Assembly (NCBI GenBank): GCA_964187785.1
Contig: OZ076421.1
Coordinates: forward strand, 27,962,001-28,026,000
Source of the DNA: Amphiscolops sp. MND2022
Taxonomy: Eukaryota
Length of the DNA: 64,000 nt
Reading direction: 5' to 3'
Part shown: positions 11,626 through 24,443 of the stretch, in pieces
Layout of the letters: each line of letters opens with the position of its first letter
Position numbering within the stretch: the stretch's first letter is position 1
Notes under the pieces: generated by a model
What the model was told of the DNA's origin: nothing
The model's database searches: none
What the model saw: only the letters and a program-made list of their open reading frames with translations
Position numbers and translations under genes: made by a program

Positions 11626-11689
11626 ATTAAATCCAAAATGATATCAAAATATAAATTAAAGCGTGTAAAAGGGCTATTTGGGAGTAGGG

Positions 11690-11900
11690 GAACAAACCGG
11701 GAATGGCATAAGCCGACGCCCCGCTTGAAGCTCTAAAAGAGCGGAAGTACTTCAAAGCGCCAAAAAATCTCTTTTGAAAAACTATATTCAATCTCATTGT
11801 GCCGAAAAAACTCACAGAATGGACCTTTTTGGAAAAATGAAAATATTTCGAAAAGTTGCACAGTGCCGAAAATAGCAGTCAAATTCATTTCCAATCCAAA
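11690..11900 (-). mobile_element. Degenerate HINE-family 3' fragment
   Basis: AACAAACCGGGAATGGCATAAGCCGACGCC..AAGCTCTAAAAG resembles the family end seen at 13570 and 54575. Confidence 0.45.
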
Positions 11901-11992
11901 TATGTGAAGATATGATCGTGAGAACCCTTTCAATCATTTTGGCATTTTGTGGAATTTTCATGGTCCGTTCATTTCACAAAGCGCCGACAAGA

Positions 11993-12296
11993 AATTTGGG
12001 TGTCGGGAAATTACGCCCAAGGAAATTACGATAATGTAATCAGCTATGCTCACATACTTCTAGTGCCCTAAATGCAGGAGCGAAGCGAAGCGAAGCGGAG
12101 CGACGTGGCATATGGCCATGCCTCAATGTTGCTACTTGGCGAAAGGAGCGAAGCGACCGAGCCATACAACAAACATGCTAACCTCTTTAAATAAGAACCT
12201 GAAAGTAAACGCTGCTATTCGCTTTGAAATCTTAATTTCCATGGGCGTAATTTCCGTTTGGGCGGAATTTCCTAGAACCGAAATTTGAAACTGAAG
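11993..12296. repeat. MITE-like remnant with GAAATTACGCCC inverted repeats and a (GCGAA)n core
   Basis: GGAAATTACGCCCAAGGAAATTA (~12006) is inverted relative to TAATTTCCATGGGCGTAATTTCC (~12233); GAGCGAAGCGAAGCGAAGCGGAGCG at 12078-12102. No TSD found. Confidence 0.4.
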
Positions 12297-12900
12297 TCGT
12301 GAACCTAATATCTGCTCGGCTCTCCGTTTAGGGTCCAAAACGCGATGAGTATGCTAAAAGTATGCTTTTCATGGGAAATTTGGAGCACCGACAAAACAAA
12401 GACTACGGGCTTCAGAACTACTTTTCAATGATGGAAGATTTTGATCTGACATTCAGTTGAGCCTTTCTAAATGCAACTAATTTGAAGTAGTTCTCATCGG
12501 CGCGTCTGAAATGTTCATAGATATTTTAAAAAAATCTCACGTAAAACTTTCTCAAACTATTGAATCATTTGCATTGAACGGTTGGCGCCATCTGAAATAT
12601 TCATAAATACCCCAAAAAAACGAAATTCTCTTTCCGAAACTCGAATCATTTGCATCGAACGCGAAGAGGAAAAATAGGAAGTACTTTTCAGATACGAAGG
12701 GAATTAAAGTCATAAATAGATAATAATTTTATTGATGTACGTACTGAAAGTTATACTTAATTGGAGCATCGTCTGCTTTTTTTCGACGTCCATATTATAT
12801 ATTTTCAAATGTATGTAATTCAGCTTTGTTTTCAGAATCTGTGTGTTTAACTTTGGTGACACTAGAAAGAAAGTACATTGAAAGACAGACGAAGGTCACC

Positions 12901-15900
12901 ATGAAGCCAACAACCAATGATTCAATTGATGACATTTCTCACGACGATGGCGATACACCTCCTCGCGACATACGCGGTCGACGACTTTCATTGCCAATAC
13001 CTAAACAAATCCAGTTTTCCACAGTTCCTCGTCCATTTAAAGATCGCAGAAGACTCAGCGAGTACCCGGTTGTGAAGAACCTGGGCCAACGACGACCTAG
13101 CTATCATTTAGAAATCAATGGATCCAATGAATTCAGGTGGCCTTCTAACTTCTACGAACAATCAGACCCAGATCCTCTGGACTATGATGGGGTTTTGGCT
13201 GGAAATTTCATCGACTTGGATTTAGGGGACGTTTCGGACGAAGAGCGCGACTTTGATACATTTTCAGAGGATTGGAAAGTGGAACATTGTAGTGAAAAGG
13301 TTTGTGTTCCCTGTTAATAGTATCGAAATGGGTTATAGTTTATACAATGTTTTTGTTTTGATGAACTATTACGGGGATGAAGTATAAGATAGCACGTCAG
13401 TAGAGTTTCTCCGCAGTGGGTTAGTGTTCAGAGACACGCGAACAGGCTAACCACTGGCAACATGTCAGATTTATCTGATCAGATAATGTCCGATTTTTGT
13501 TGCAAGTCAGATTTTTTGAATTAATTCTTTTACCTTTGGGATTTATTAGCATACATTCAGTTGCAAAACAAAACAAGCCGGGAACGGCCCAAGTCGGCGC
13601 CATGTCTAAGGCTCAAAAATAACAAAAGGACTTCAAAGTGTCAAGTATTCTCTTCTACAGTACCCGTTTGAGGAAAAATTGAAAAAAAAATCAGATTTTT
13701 TTTGAAATTTTTAAAAATTTTTTGGTCTCCCGTAAGTCGCATAGTGCCGAAACATGTAAAATGGGGCCCTTTGGAAGTTTTTTTAACATCCATTCTTTTG
13801 CAAAATAGACAAAAAAAATGAAGGGTGGACCCTTTGAAGATATTTGCGAAAAAAGTCTCACAAAGCCGAAAAAAATTTGCACAAAAAAATTTTGGTCATG
13901 GCGGGACTCGAACCCATGTCATTCTGCTTGTCAGACCTCGAAAAAGCCGTAGTGGCCAAGTGGCAGTGAAGTAGTGTGACACAGTTTAGTGTTAGTGCCG
14001 GTTTAGTGCCAACTTATAAAATTTATAAAATCTGTCAGTTCGTTGGTCTTAAAAAAAAAGAAGTCACTACTATAGTCTGCGTTTTTCTTCGAGAAGCGCC
14101 GACTAAAAACTCAAAGAAGGGAATTTTTGAGACCTTAAAAAAATTTTGAAAAAAGTCGCACAGTGCCGCACCCTTTGCACTAACTTTGCATTGGCCTGAC
14201 TTGGCCTGAGTAGTTTTAGTAGTTTCTGTAAAAAGTGGACCGATCAGTGTGAGGTCTGTGGTCTGAAGAAAAAAGTCACTGTAAGAGTTGGGCATTTTCA
14301 CTTTAAAGGAAAATGCGCCGACTAAAAACGTGGGTAGTGTTCAAATTCTTAGCGTATTTTTCAGAAGTCAGATTTATGTTGGTTAGCTGTTGGTCATCCT
14401 GATCGCGAGAAACTTTTGTTCCATCTAAACATCTTCAAAAAGTCATCACAACTGATTTTGGTCTCAGTGCGGCTTTATTGGCCCGTGTTGAAATAGGCCA
14501 TCACATTTCCAGCGCATATCACCCAAATTGATGTTTCGCCCAGTTGCTTTCGATAATAGAAGTTGGCGGCTCGTGCCGCAGATAGCGCAAGATTTAATGT
14601 TTTTGGGAGGGAGTGTTTTAGAACGGGGTATGTGGTATGTTCTCCTTGACGACTAAGGAACTAATGCAGTTGAAAGAAAATAGCTTACAAAACTGTATTT
14701 GTAACTGTATCGTAGGTTTTGGCAGTTTGTTATGTTCTCATTACTTTAAATTCGCAGGTTGTGAATAAATACTAATTTCATGTTTTTCACACAATCAACC
14801 TTCTCACCCTACTTCAAGTTTATGCTATAGGATTACATCAACTCTACCAGACTTCCCTCTCTGATAATGGAGGTAAAGGCGGTATGACTATTTACAACAG
14901 AATAGGCACAGGTGTACATAACTAGCCACATAAATAATTGCTAGGATACCTGAATACTAAATAAATACATACTGCTCAATCAACTTTTCAGAAATTGGCA
15001 TCGAACTCAAGTGTTACTACAACACATGAAACAAATTTCAAAACGTTTAATAATAGCAGGGGTTGAATAACTTAATTGTTGTAGCCTTCTGATCTTCATA
15101 AACGCTCGGCAAGCTCTGTTCATCCAGGGTTGACGGCGCTTTGATCTTCATTGCCATCACATTGTGACCCAGCCAATGAGGGTTCTTGTTAACTCTTGTC
15201 GAACTTTGATCCGGGGGTACTTAGCTCGGTTCAGCTGGCTCTGTCGTCTTCTGATTGTTAAACTGCTTTTTTCTTCAATTTCATCTGGTGCTTGGGGAAC
15301 TGGTTTACCAATGAGGGCCAAGAAAATTTCCTCCTCACTCTCTTCTCAGTGGACTAAGTTTGAGTAGCTTTCCAATTTCTCCATTATAACTTGGCCATGC
15401 TTGTATTGTTACAGGTTTTGTCAGTTTATCTTGGTTGCCATTTATTGGCGATTGGTTTTTCTTTCCATATTTTATTTTCTGTTCTTTGCTGCATTATGGC
15501 GCCTCTTCCCTTCCTCTTTTTGACAGTAACATGTTTCTCTTTCCCCGTCTTTAGCAGAATGGTGATAGTGTGTTCAGACGCATGTACCAACTTCCTTTTG
15601 ACCATTTTAAACTCGCCGTTCAATTTTGTTTCCCGCTTTCTTGCTCGCACGAAGATAGTACAGTCAACTTCGGCACTGAAATCTTCCGGCTGGATTTCTA
15701 TAAGCAGGTCTCTTTCGCAAATTCAGTTCTCATTCATTGCAGACTTTGAAGTACTTGATTTTCTGCCCGTTTATCTTCTAAATGCTGATCCACCATCTGC
15801 CTTTTCCGTTCTTTTTCCGAATAAAACGTTTGAAATCCCACTTGTCATGTTCTACGATTATATTTTCTTTTGTTGTAAGTCTCATTCTTTTTTCCATTTT

Positions 15901-18900
15901 CTCAGTGATCTCAGATGGGCTCTCACTGGGCATATTACATTTTTTTCTGAATCGCTCATTGCCGAATTGTTTGAACTTTGTACTTTTAAACAATGTACCA
16001 CGTCCTGTTCTTATTCACTGTAAAAACTCCGTCTACAGCTATGTATTCTATCAGGAATTCTATTTCTTCTGCCGTTTGGTTCGGTAACAATAGAGCCTCT
16101 GGCCATCCAGAGTTATTATCTACTGACACTAACAAATACTTTTTGATTTTTTGCATCCGAAATGGACCTGCGAATTCTAGGTTCACCTCTGGCAGGTTTC
16201 CAGATTCTTTTTTATGCATTTTAGGTTTTCTGCTGTTTGGCGTTCCACATAACGATGAGGCTTTCCGACGATTTCACGATGTACTTTTTGCCATTATACG
16301 TCTGATGCGTCTCGTAGCCTTGGTGTCTCGCGTCCTGTGCGCCCAAAGTGAATTGTTCAAAGTACATTTCCTCGCATCTTCAAAAAACTAATCTTTGTTC
16401 CCCAAACCAAAGTCCCTCTAATCTACACAAAAATCAACTTTTTTCCTTCAATTTGATAGAAGACGGGCAATAACGGTCGTCTTTTTATATTTGACAAGGT
16501 TAATAATTCTCTGAACGAATCGTCTGCATCATAGTTCTCTTGATTGTATACTTGAATAATTTTAGAATTTGACAAATCACGTTCAGTTGCCATTTATCTA
16601 TTTCTTCAATTATGCTCACTTTTTTACTCTCATTAATTATATGCACTTGAGCGCGAACGTTTCTTACTTTCTCACTTCTTTCATTCCCCTGAAACTTTTC
16701 CGCGATCTGATTGCTTTATTCTCAGTAGCCAATGTTGCTTCATGGATTGTTGGTGTGACTTCTTTCACTACGTTTATTGTGGACCGAATATTAAAAATTT
16801 CGTGCGCTTTTACGATTGAGCCTGCGTAATGTGACGTGTGACGCGATAAATCAACCATACTGAGTGTTCTACCAGGTGTATGTACTACTGTAAAATCGGA
16901 AGGTTTTGTGATCTGAAACTACGTCGAAGTTTCTCCATAAACATAGTCTGAAATGTTCGACGGACGAGGCCATTGCCTACAGCTCTAGTTCGTTTATGGA
17001 GTATTTTGCTTCTCAATCCGTTAAAGTATCTCGACGCATATGAAATTGCTTTCCACTCTCTTTCCTCGTCTTGATGCCTCCTGATCCTTGTTTACTTGAA
17101 TCGCATAATATTTGTAAGGGCCTAATCCAGTTGAAATATTTCCGCTACCTTTTTCAGGGTCAATTACGTTTCCTTTTCCACTTTCATTTACTCTTTTGAA
17201 GGTTTTTATGCTGGGCCGGTCAATTCACGCGGCCTCTTTGTAGTGTTGATCTGAGTGGGAAACATCGATGCTACGTCTGGAGCGAATTTATTGCATTGGT
17301 GTACTGCGCCTAGCCGATACTTTTTGAAATAACGTCGGCATAATCGTCAGACCGTAAAACCCTGGAACAATTCTGTACTTTTTAGACGATTCTCTGCCAA
17401 TAAGTTGAAAACAATAATTTTTCGCTGTTAATAGTTTCATGGGAACTTTTCCATACGCGTTCGCCATGCCTACTGATGAGCACCATGCCTCACCGTTTTC
17501 ACTATCCAGTTTTTCTGTCCATCTTCCGGTAACTGTTCGAATTCTAAATCTACTGCATTTTGAAATGGAATTGGAATTCGTCACCTCTTCTGTTGTGTTA
17601 TTCTCGCATCCTCTTTTTTAGCTTTGTTTGTGATGGTCCTTGATTTTTCCGTTTATTTTGAACAGTTTTGGTGACTCATTCACCAATTGCTTAGTTTCTG
17701 CACTTGGTTCTTCGTTTTTTAGTCGAAGCTTTTTCTAAAGAAAAGAGTAGACTATAGTCATGGCTTTTCGTCATTAGTCAGCTCTTTTCTAGAGAAAAAA
17801 GTTGACTATAGTCATTGCTTCTAGTTAGATTTTTTTTTCATTTTTAATTTTTTTTCGATACACCTGGAAGTCACTAGAATAGTTCTACCAAAAATTATAC
17901 AAAATTTTAAATTGCCCCTGTTGACCCGGGAAACTGGACCAATAAAGTTTCCCACGTAACATACAAATCCAGACGAGACCAAAGTTTTTTTTGGCATTGC
18001 GAGACTTTTTTTAAAAAATTTCGGGAGCTGTAGAAGAGAATACTTTGACACTTTGAGGTCCTTTTACTATTTTTGAGCCTTAGATTCAGCGCCGACTTGG
18101 GCTGGTCCCGGCTTGTTCGCCATAGAATTAACTTCGAACTCACCTTGATTCTGTGTACCGCAATTTGGACGGCCATTCTCTCCCCATTATGGCATTCGTT
18201 CTTTTTCTTGCGACTAATACTCTCGCCTTTTGATATAGCTTTCGCCCCTTGAAGTTCTCGAAACACATCCGAATGAAGTTAGTGGCTGTCAGTTACGCCT
18301 GGTGTTTAGTCCTTTGCAGAATTTCAGGTGATGTAAAGTGAAATTTCCTGCGCCGAATCTCCTGCATTCTTTCAATTTTTGTTCCTGATTTATGTAGCCG
18401 TACGTTTTCTATCTTCTTAGTCCATCTTCGAACGCTACTGCAAATTGGAGAGCTTTACCCGTGTTGTCTTCTGACTCCGAGCACAATTTCTCCTGATCTT
18501 GCTTGATCGCCATGTTTAGCACGAAGATCTAAGTTACAGCAAACCCGTTTGTTTTCCAAAGTCACATTTTCCTAGTCTATTTGACATTCCAGAAATGGTG
18601 GAGTGATTCTGTGGGTTTTTGCTTTCTCGATAAAAACGTGGTGATCCAGCGTTCTATTTCGGCATGTTTGGAAGCATTCAGCGCAGTGTTGTAAATTGTG
18701 TTAGTTGGATTAGTAAAATGTTTATCTGGGGGAACTTGTCCATGAGCATCAATTGTCCTGGTTTCCCTATTGAAGTATACAGTGATCTGGTTCCCTTTCT
18801 TTTTGCTGGCTTTTCTTCAAGATTTCCCATCAATGCTAGAATTCGTGGATCTGGTCGGTTAGCTTGTCGGGTTACCTCGGATATTGAAATTGAGTAACAT

Positions 18901-21900
18901 GCTAACACAGCATCTTCGAACAATTGTATCCGTTGCTCCCACTCATAAGGTAGGGGTTTTCTGCTTCTTGCCTGGAGGCCAGGCACAGGCGAATTGAACT
19001 CTAGTTGTTTTCAGTTGCTCGCAGCCTCATGTTGACGACTAACGAAGCAGTTGACACAAGTGGACAGTTAGCAAAACTGTATTTTTAAATGAATCGTAGA
19101 TTATGGCAGATTATGTTCTGTCTCTTTAGCTCAATTTGGCAGGTTGTGACTTTGTACTAATTTAATCTTTTGCGCACAATCATTTTTTCACGCTACTCTA
19201 AGTTTTGGTATAGGATTACATCAACTCTGCCACATTTCAACCGGGGTTTTCTTGGTTCTTTTAATGGTTGGTTTTTGCTGGATTATTCATCAAAATACGA
19301 TGGCATGTTCTCCAAATATCCTTCCCTGCCGTACCTTGTTTTTAGTCAGCGCTTTTCTTAAGAAAAGAGCCCGACTATTACAGTCACTCGTTTTATTTCT
19401 TTTTTTTTATTTAAGAGAGACTCGAAGCGACGAACGTTAAAATTAACGTTCAACTACTAAATAAGTACTAAACTACTGGACCGCTAAAGGCAAACGGGGA
19501 GCGCATTCATTTACTTTTTAAACGTTACATACAAGCCCGGACGGGACTAAAGTTCCCCCCCCCCCTTCGATTTTTTTTTCGGCACTGTGAGACTTTTTTC
19601 GAAATTTTTTTAATGTCCCCAAAGGGTCCCCCCTTTGAGTTTTTTGTTATTTTGCTACAGAATGCGTGTTTATAAATCAAAAAGGGTCCCCCTTTTACAT
19701 TTTTCGGCACTGTGCGACATTTTCCGAAAGAAATTTTTTTTCGAAAATTTCAAGTTTTTTTCCAAAAATGTTTTGCGCTTTTTGAGCCTTAGATATAGGA
19801 CACGTGCTTTCATGTCTTCCGTGGTTACGCTAGGTAAACAAACTCGTCTGGGATGCACTGCGATTTCGTTATCTCTGTCTTTATTCCTATGCCTGAATGA
19901 CAAGTCTGTTGTTCACGAAAGTGCAGTATGCCTTCTTCACGAGTGCCAATAACTCGTGTCCAGAGAGTGACCTGCCTCTTAAGGTTTTTCTTTAGGAACT
20001 CAAAGTTATTTGTTGTCTCCTTTACGTGGCTGCTTTTCCCTGCTGTCCATACTAGATAGGACAAGTTTCCTCAGTTTTTTGGTCGTCACCGGATGTGTCA
20101 ACTTACTTGACCTCTGGTAAGGTCTCTCGCAGAGTACTAACTTCGTCGTTATTCCAGCTTTCTATCTTAGCTGAAGTCCTGAAGCTGCAATCATAGGAAG
20201 CCTCCGATTCGCAGCATGCTTCAACTACTTCGGCTTGTTTCCTTGTTCTTGAACTTTTAGGCCGTTTTTCGATGACGAAAGACAATTTTCTCATCTTTCT
20301 AGTCTGTGCGTTGTCTAATTTGCGGCCAAATTATAAGCCCAGACAATGAGCTTGGTTACCATCGTGTGACACTATAATCGGGGTGATTTACTGCTGTAAA
20401 TATTCATGACGGGACGAAAGAGTGCAAAAGAAGGTTGTCGTGCAAAACGGGTTGAATTAAGAATAGTTTCTGAAATTAGATCTGAACCCTGGACAATGGT
20501 GATGTGAAGTTGATTCAACAGTGATATTTATTCTCTGAAATCGGGGCAATTTTAATTTTGAAATTATGGAAATCTAACTCAATTTTTTTTGGAAAAAACC
20601 TGCCTATCCAGCTAGTTCAGAAAAGGTGGTGCCGAAAAGTCCCAAATGCTACCTGGTTCAATAAGGTAACTCTCAGAGTCCAAAACTAATCCATTGAAAA
20701 CGTGCCTATTTTAACCTGCAAGAGAAAAAATATCTAGAAAATCCTAGAAGTGAAGTATGTCCGAAATACGTTTAGAATTTTTCTAAAAATTGTTCATCGG
20801 TGGAGATGGAATTAAATGCCTAAAATTGCCTCGATTGGTGGTTAGCGATGGAATGCCAGCCTGTGATAGTTTTTTTTGTTTCAGTATAAATTCACTTTAC
20901 TGGATCTACCCAATCATATTTTGGAAAACATTTTGAAGTACCTGTGTTGTGACGAGCCCTCCAATCGAAGAAACAGAAATGTGAGAAACTTTATGGCTGC
21001 ATATCCTCAATTGAAAAACCTGGTCTGTCACAGCTGTGTCCCTGATTATTTGGAGTTGGGCATCAATATTCTGGAGCCATCAAATGAAGTGATATACGCT
21101 AAATTTTTGCAGCAAGTCAATTGGAGAATCAAAACGCTGAGACTTGTTGTAATTATGCGGCTTGATCATTTCAATCGTTCCAAGAAGAACCCCCTTTATG
21201 ATTTATATATACGGCCAGCTGTCATGTCGAGCATGGGAAGTGCTTTGATCGACCTGAAGAAACTTATTCTGGACTTTTCTGATTTCAACAGTAAGAAAAA
21301 TCTCCGTTTTGAATAAGTTCCAGTTAAAAAAAGTTGTAAATGTTACCAAATAAGACTTGAAATGTTTGAACGTTAGGTTGGTCAAAATATACCGAATTTG
21401 ATGCTAAGTCCAGGTTCCCATGGAAAATGATGAGCATCCCAGGAAGGTATCATCAATAAGAAGCTCTCCAATTTGATAAGATGCTAAATGGTATTATCAC
21501 TTCCTAATTACTCTGAGCAATATAACGTGATTAATTCGGAATGACGTATAAAATTTGTATATAATGCATAAATTTTGATATAACGTGTTCGTTACGGTCG
21601 AATTTCGGTACTATATTTTTCGGAACTTACGACATTTTGTCGTTTTCAATTTCCTTTCCCAGTTGAAGTCACTTTTTCTGAATTTCATTCACAAAAGTGT
21701 CCCACTTTTTTGTTACTTTCAGTTAAGAAAGTTTGCATATTTTTTGTATCTATTCGTTTTTTGGCCCGTTCTTGATTTTTTCATTCCACACGAAGGGTTA
21801 TTGTTTGGTGTTTTGATATTCTCAGAAATTTGGATTTTTGGTATCCAAATGATCCTCCCTTCAATTTTTCAGCATTGTAAAAATACCCCCCCAGGCCAGC

Positions 21901-24443
21901 AGTTTAAAAATTGATTTGAAAGCCCCGATTCTCCTCTTTCGAACGCTGTATAAATCGTTTGTCGGACTTGAATATTTCAGGAGATATTGCGGTTTAAAGT
22001 TGAAGCACCCGATTTTTGGATGGAACAAGAATTTTCCTGGCCAACTTAAGGTTAACTGTTTAAAATAATTTGCACTTTTGGAGCCTGGTGGGACTTTTGC
22101 CGTTGCCGACTTGTTTTGTTTGTTTCCGAAACTATGAGAAATTGAAGGATCCCCTCTTGTGCGACCAACTTGTCTTGTACCTTGGGCTCTGTGCGACTAC
22201 CCAAAATTTGAGTAGTTCGAATTTTGCAATCATAAGGTATATGAAAGCCCAAAACGATCATAAGGTATATGAAAGCCCAAAACGATCAAAGTTCCATTTT
22301 TTTATTTGAAAAGTAAGTGTTTCAAATATACGGACGGGAGCTATTTGTAAATAGAAGTTTGTGAAAAATCTCTCGAAAATATCCAAAGATCTAGATTCGC
22401 GCAAGCATGAAATAATCAAAAAGATACGCTTTAGATTTGTTGTTGCACACCAGTGCACCGGTAAACTCACAAAAAAGAGACCAATTAATGACCTGAAAAA
22501 ACTAGTCATTCAAACTCTAATGTAGTTTTTACGCAAAACGAGCTAGCTATATCTTAACATTTTTCCTTTGCTCGACAAAACAATTGAATTATAACCTCGA
22601 CAGTAGTATACCGAGAAGTTGAAAAAGTGACAAAAATAGGGAAAATTATTTCAAAGCCTAATTACTCCACGAATAATAGTCAGAGGTCGAATCGGTTTTC
22701 TGCTCCTGAAAGCCCTTTGCCTAAGCTTTCAAATGCACACTAGTTAGGCTGGTAGTTGGCGTCACTTTTCGCTGGAGCTTCATTGAAATGCGGTTTCAAT
22801 GGTGGCAAACTGTGTTACTAGAGTGCGACAGTAACTTAGCAAACAGTTGCTGTGTTATTGAGAAAAAGTTAATTTTCTGAAAAGTATTTTTTTGCAAATT
22901 TTCACTTTTCTTGTTACCTTTTTGCCGGTGGTTCGGAAAACAAACTATATTGACACAAATAACAATTCGCCCCAGGTAGTCCAATTGATTGTTGGTAAGA
23001 AAAACAAATTTTCGTTTTCCTCTATGCTTTTTGCGTTTCGTAATATTATATTGATTGTGAAAAAAATCGCTGTCCTCATTTGAGGACGAAATCACTGTCG
23101 AGGATAATGATAATGAGTTACGAATCAAAACGTGAAGCAAAATGTAAGCAACAAAACAACGCGACCAATCTTTTATTACTGGTGATTATCATATGTAAAA
23201 ATATGACGTGTTCAGTTTTACATTTGAGGTTTTGTAATAAAGTTTGAACAGACAACTTGGAGATTGTTCCGTAGCTGAATGGGAGTTTGAAGATCTCAAC
23301 GAATTCATTACCATCAAATTTAGTTTGGAACACTTTTATGAGAAGCTACCGAAGCTTGAGACCTTCCAATTTGCCCCTCTACTGGATGCGGAACAGAGTT
23401 ATAGTGTTTGTATATTTTTTGATGGCAAAGCAATTAGTGATGGCCTTTCTTATCAATACCGGTACGACATCGAAGTAGGGGAAAGCAAGAATCCCTGGTA
23501 TAATCCCCTTTCATTGCGGAATTTGCATCTTGCTGCTCGTATGGATGGATATAAATATGAGAGTTATTTTTTGAGCTGTTCTGATATAGAGCATTTGGAA
23601 AAGTTCGAATGTTTGACACATCTCTCTCTTGGTGTGATTTTTTGTGAAAAACTATCTACATTGTCTTCACTGCGTCATCTTTCAACAATTACCTGTTTTC
23701 GTATCGACTTCAGCAACGTCGATTTCACGAATCTTAATTCTGTAAGTTACAATAAATTGGTCAGTGTGACCCACTTAATCATCAGAGATGCCTTTCATTT
23801 CCGGGTCCAGTCCTTGACCTTGTGGTGTCTTTTTCCTAATCTGCGCACCTATGAAACATTATTTCGTCCAATGGAAGCGAACTATTTTGAAAGTTTACGT
23901 GTTGAGGGAAGCGAGGCGTACCAAAGTTTACATGCAGTTGTAGAAAGAATGAAATGGTGGAATTTCCACAACCTCACCTCCGTTTCAATATTTATCCGCG
24001 ATAGCAAGTTCTCGGAACATTTGGTCTCCCTGCGAAACCTTTGTTGTCTCAAAAACCTGTGCCTCAAGTTTTGGCGAATGTTTAGCGAACAACGAACTGA
24101 GGTCGTGAAAATGCTGTCGCCAAAGACAGGTGGAGCATCCAAGTTTTTCCTGGAATTATTTCGCCTCGAGACCGAACGACCTTATGACGACTACGAGGAT
24201 ATATTTGTTCACGAATTGGTCTTCGGTCTTCTCGACATTGCGACTCTTCAGGTCTGTATGATTGCCACTTACCATGAGAACAATAATATGCCCACAAGAG
24301 TAGCCCATGCTGTTATGCGTCATGCCAGTCTAGTGTTATTCCAATACCAGAAAGAGTTTTTGAGGATGCCGGACAAGTCTTGTGTCTTGGGTGACGAGAA
24401 ACTTAGATGGTGTCGACCTCGTTTGTACATTAGTGAATTATAA
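12901..24443 (+). CDS. F-box/LRR-like protein, 3 predicted exons: 12901-13299, 20885-21290, 23275-24443 (657 aa)
   Basis: F-box motif TLLDLPNHILENILKYL at the start of exon 2, followed by degenerate LxxLxL repeats. Donor AAG|GTTTGT joins acceptor TTTCAG| (phase 0); donor ACA|GTAAGA joins acceptor TTCCGTAG| (phase 1); the total of 1974 nt is divisible by 3. Joining exon 1 to this gene is inferred from phase compatibility only. Confidence 0.7.
13570..14328 (-). mobile_element. HINE/DINE-1-like (Helentron-associated) non-autonomous element with duplicated 5' end and tRNA-like internal segment
   Basis: SubTIRs AGTCGGCGC (13592-13600) and GCGCCGACT (14096-14104, 14315-14323); terminal hairpin GCCG-GGAA-CGGC (13577-13588) plus AAAACAA; partial IR AGAGTTGGGCA (14284-14294); B-box revcomp GGGACTCGAACCC (13903-13915). 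Confidence 0.7.
14564..19232 (-). mobile_element. Decayed Gypsy LTR retrotransposon
   Basis: Minus strand: gag (18986-18480, PYEWEQRIQLFEDAVLA), RT (17584-17288, GFYGLTIMPTLFQK), integrase core (16219-15986, EFAGPF..LLVSVDNNSGWPEA). The 3' LTR 14564-14849 (TG..CA) is preceded by a purine tract; a related, divergent, partial 5' LTR lies at ~19020-19232. Confidence 0.8.
17715..18117 (+). mobile_element. HINE-family element inserted in the Gypsy pol
   Basis: Degenerate 5' subTIR TTTTTAGTCGAAGC; 3' GCGCCGACT (18089-97), hairpin and TTGTT. Confidence 0.65.
19339..19799 (+). mobile_element. HINE-family element, 3' truncated
   Basis: 5' TTTTTAGTCAGCGC plus IR GAGCCCGACT; internal GGGTCCCCC blocks; stops at TTTTGAGCCTTAGATATAG before the 3' subTIR. 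Confidence 0.65.
19800..20320 (-). mobile_element. Gypsy-like 3' pol fragments
   Basis: EIAVHPRRVCLP and low-complexity S/K/R-rich frames resemble the post-integrase region of the neighbouring Gypsy; no catalytic motif. Confidence 0.3.
22229..22288. repeat. Perfect 28-bp tandem duplication
   Basis: ATCATAAGGTATATGAAAGCCCAAAACG twice, plus ATCA. Confidence 0.9.

Noticed and set aside
14370-14530. + strand integrase-like scrap (..HHISSAYHPN)
   Set aside because: Under 60 codons with stops; too little to define an element.
15391-16023. 210-aa hydrophobic + strand ORF that could look like a membrane or env protein
   Set aside because: It is the antisense shadow of the K/R-rich minus-strand Gypsy integrase C-terminus; no independent motifs.
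21585-21914. Phe-rich 109-aa ORF
   Set aside because: T-rich intronic repeat sequence with a non-ATG start and no splice or homology support.
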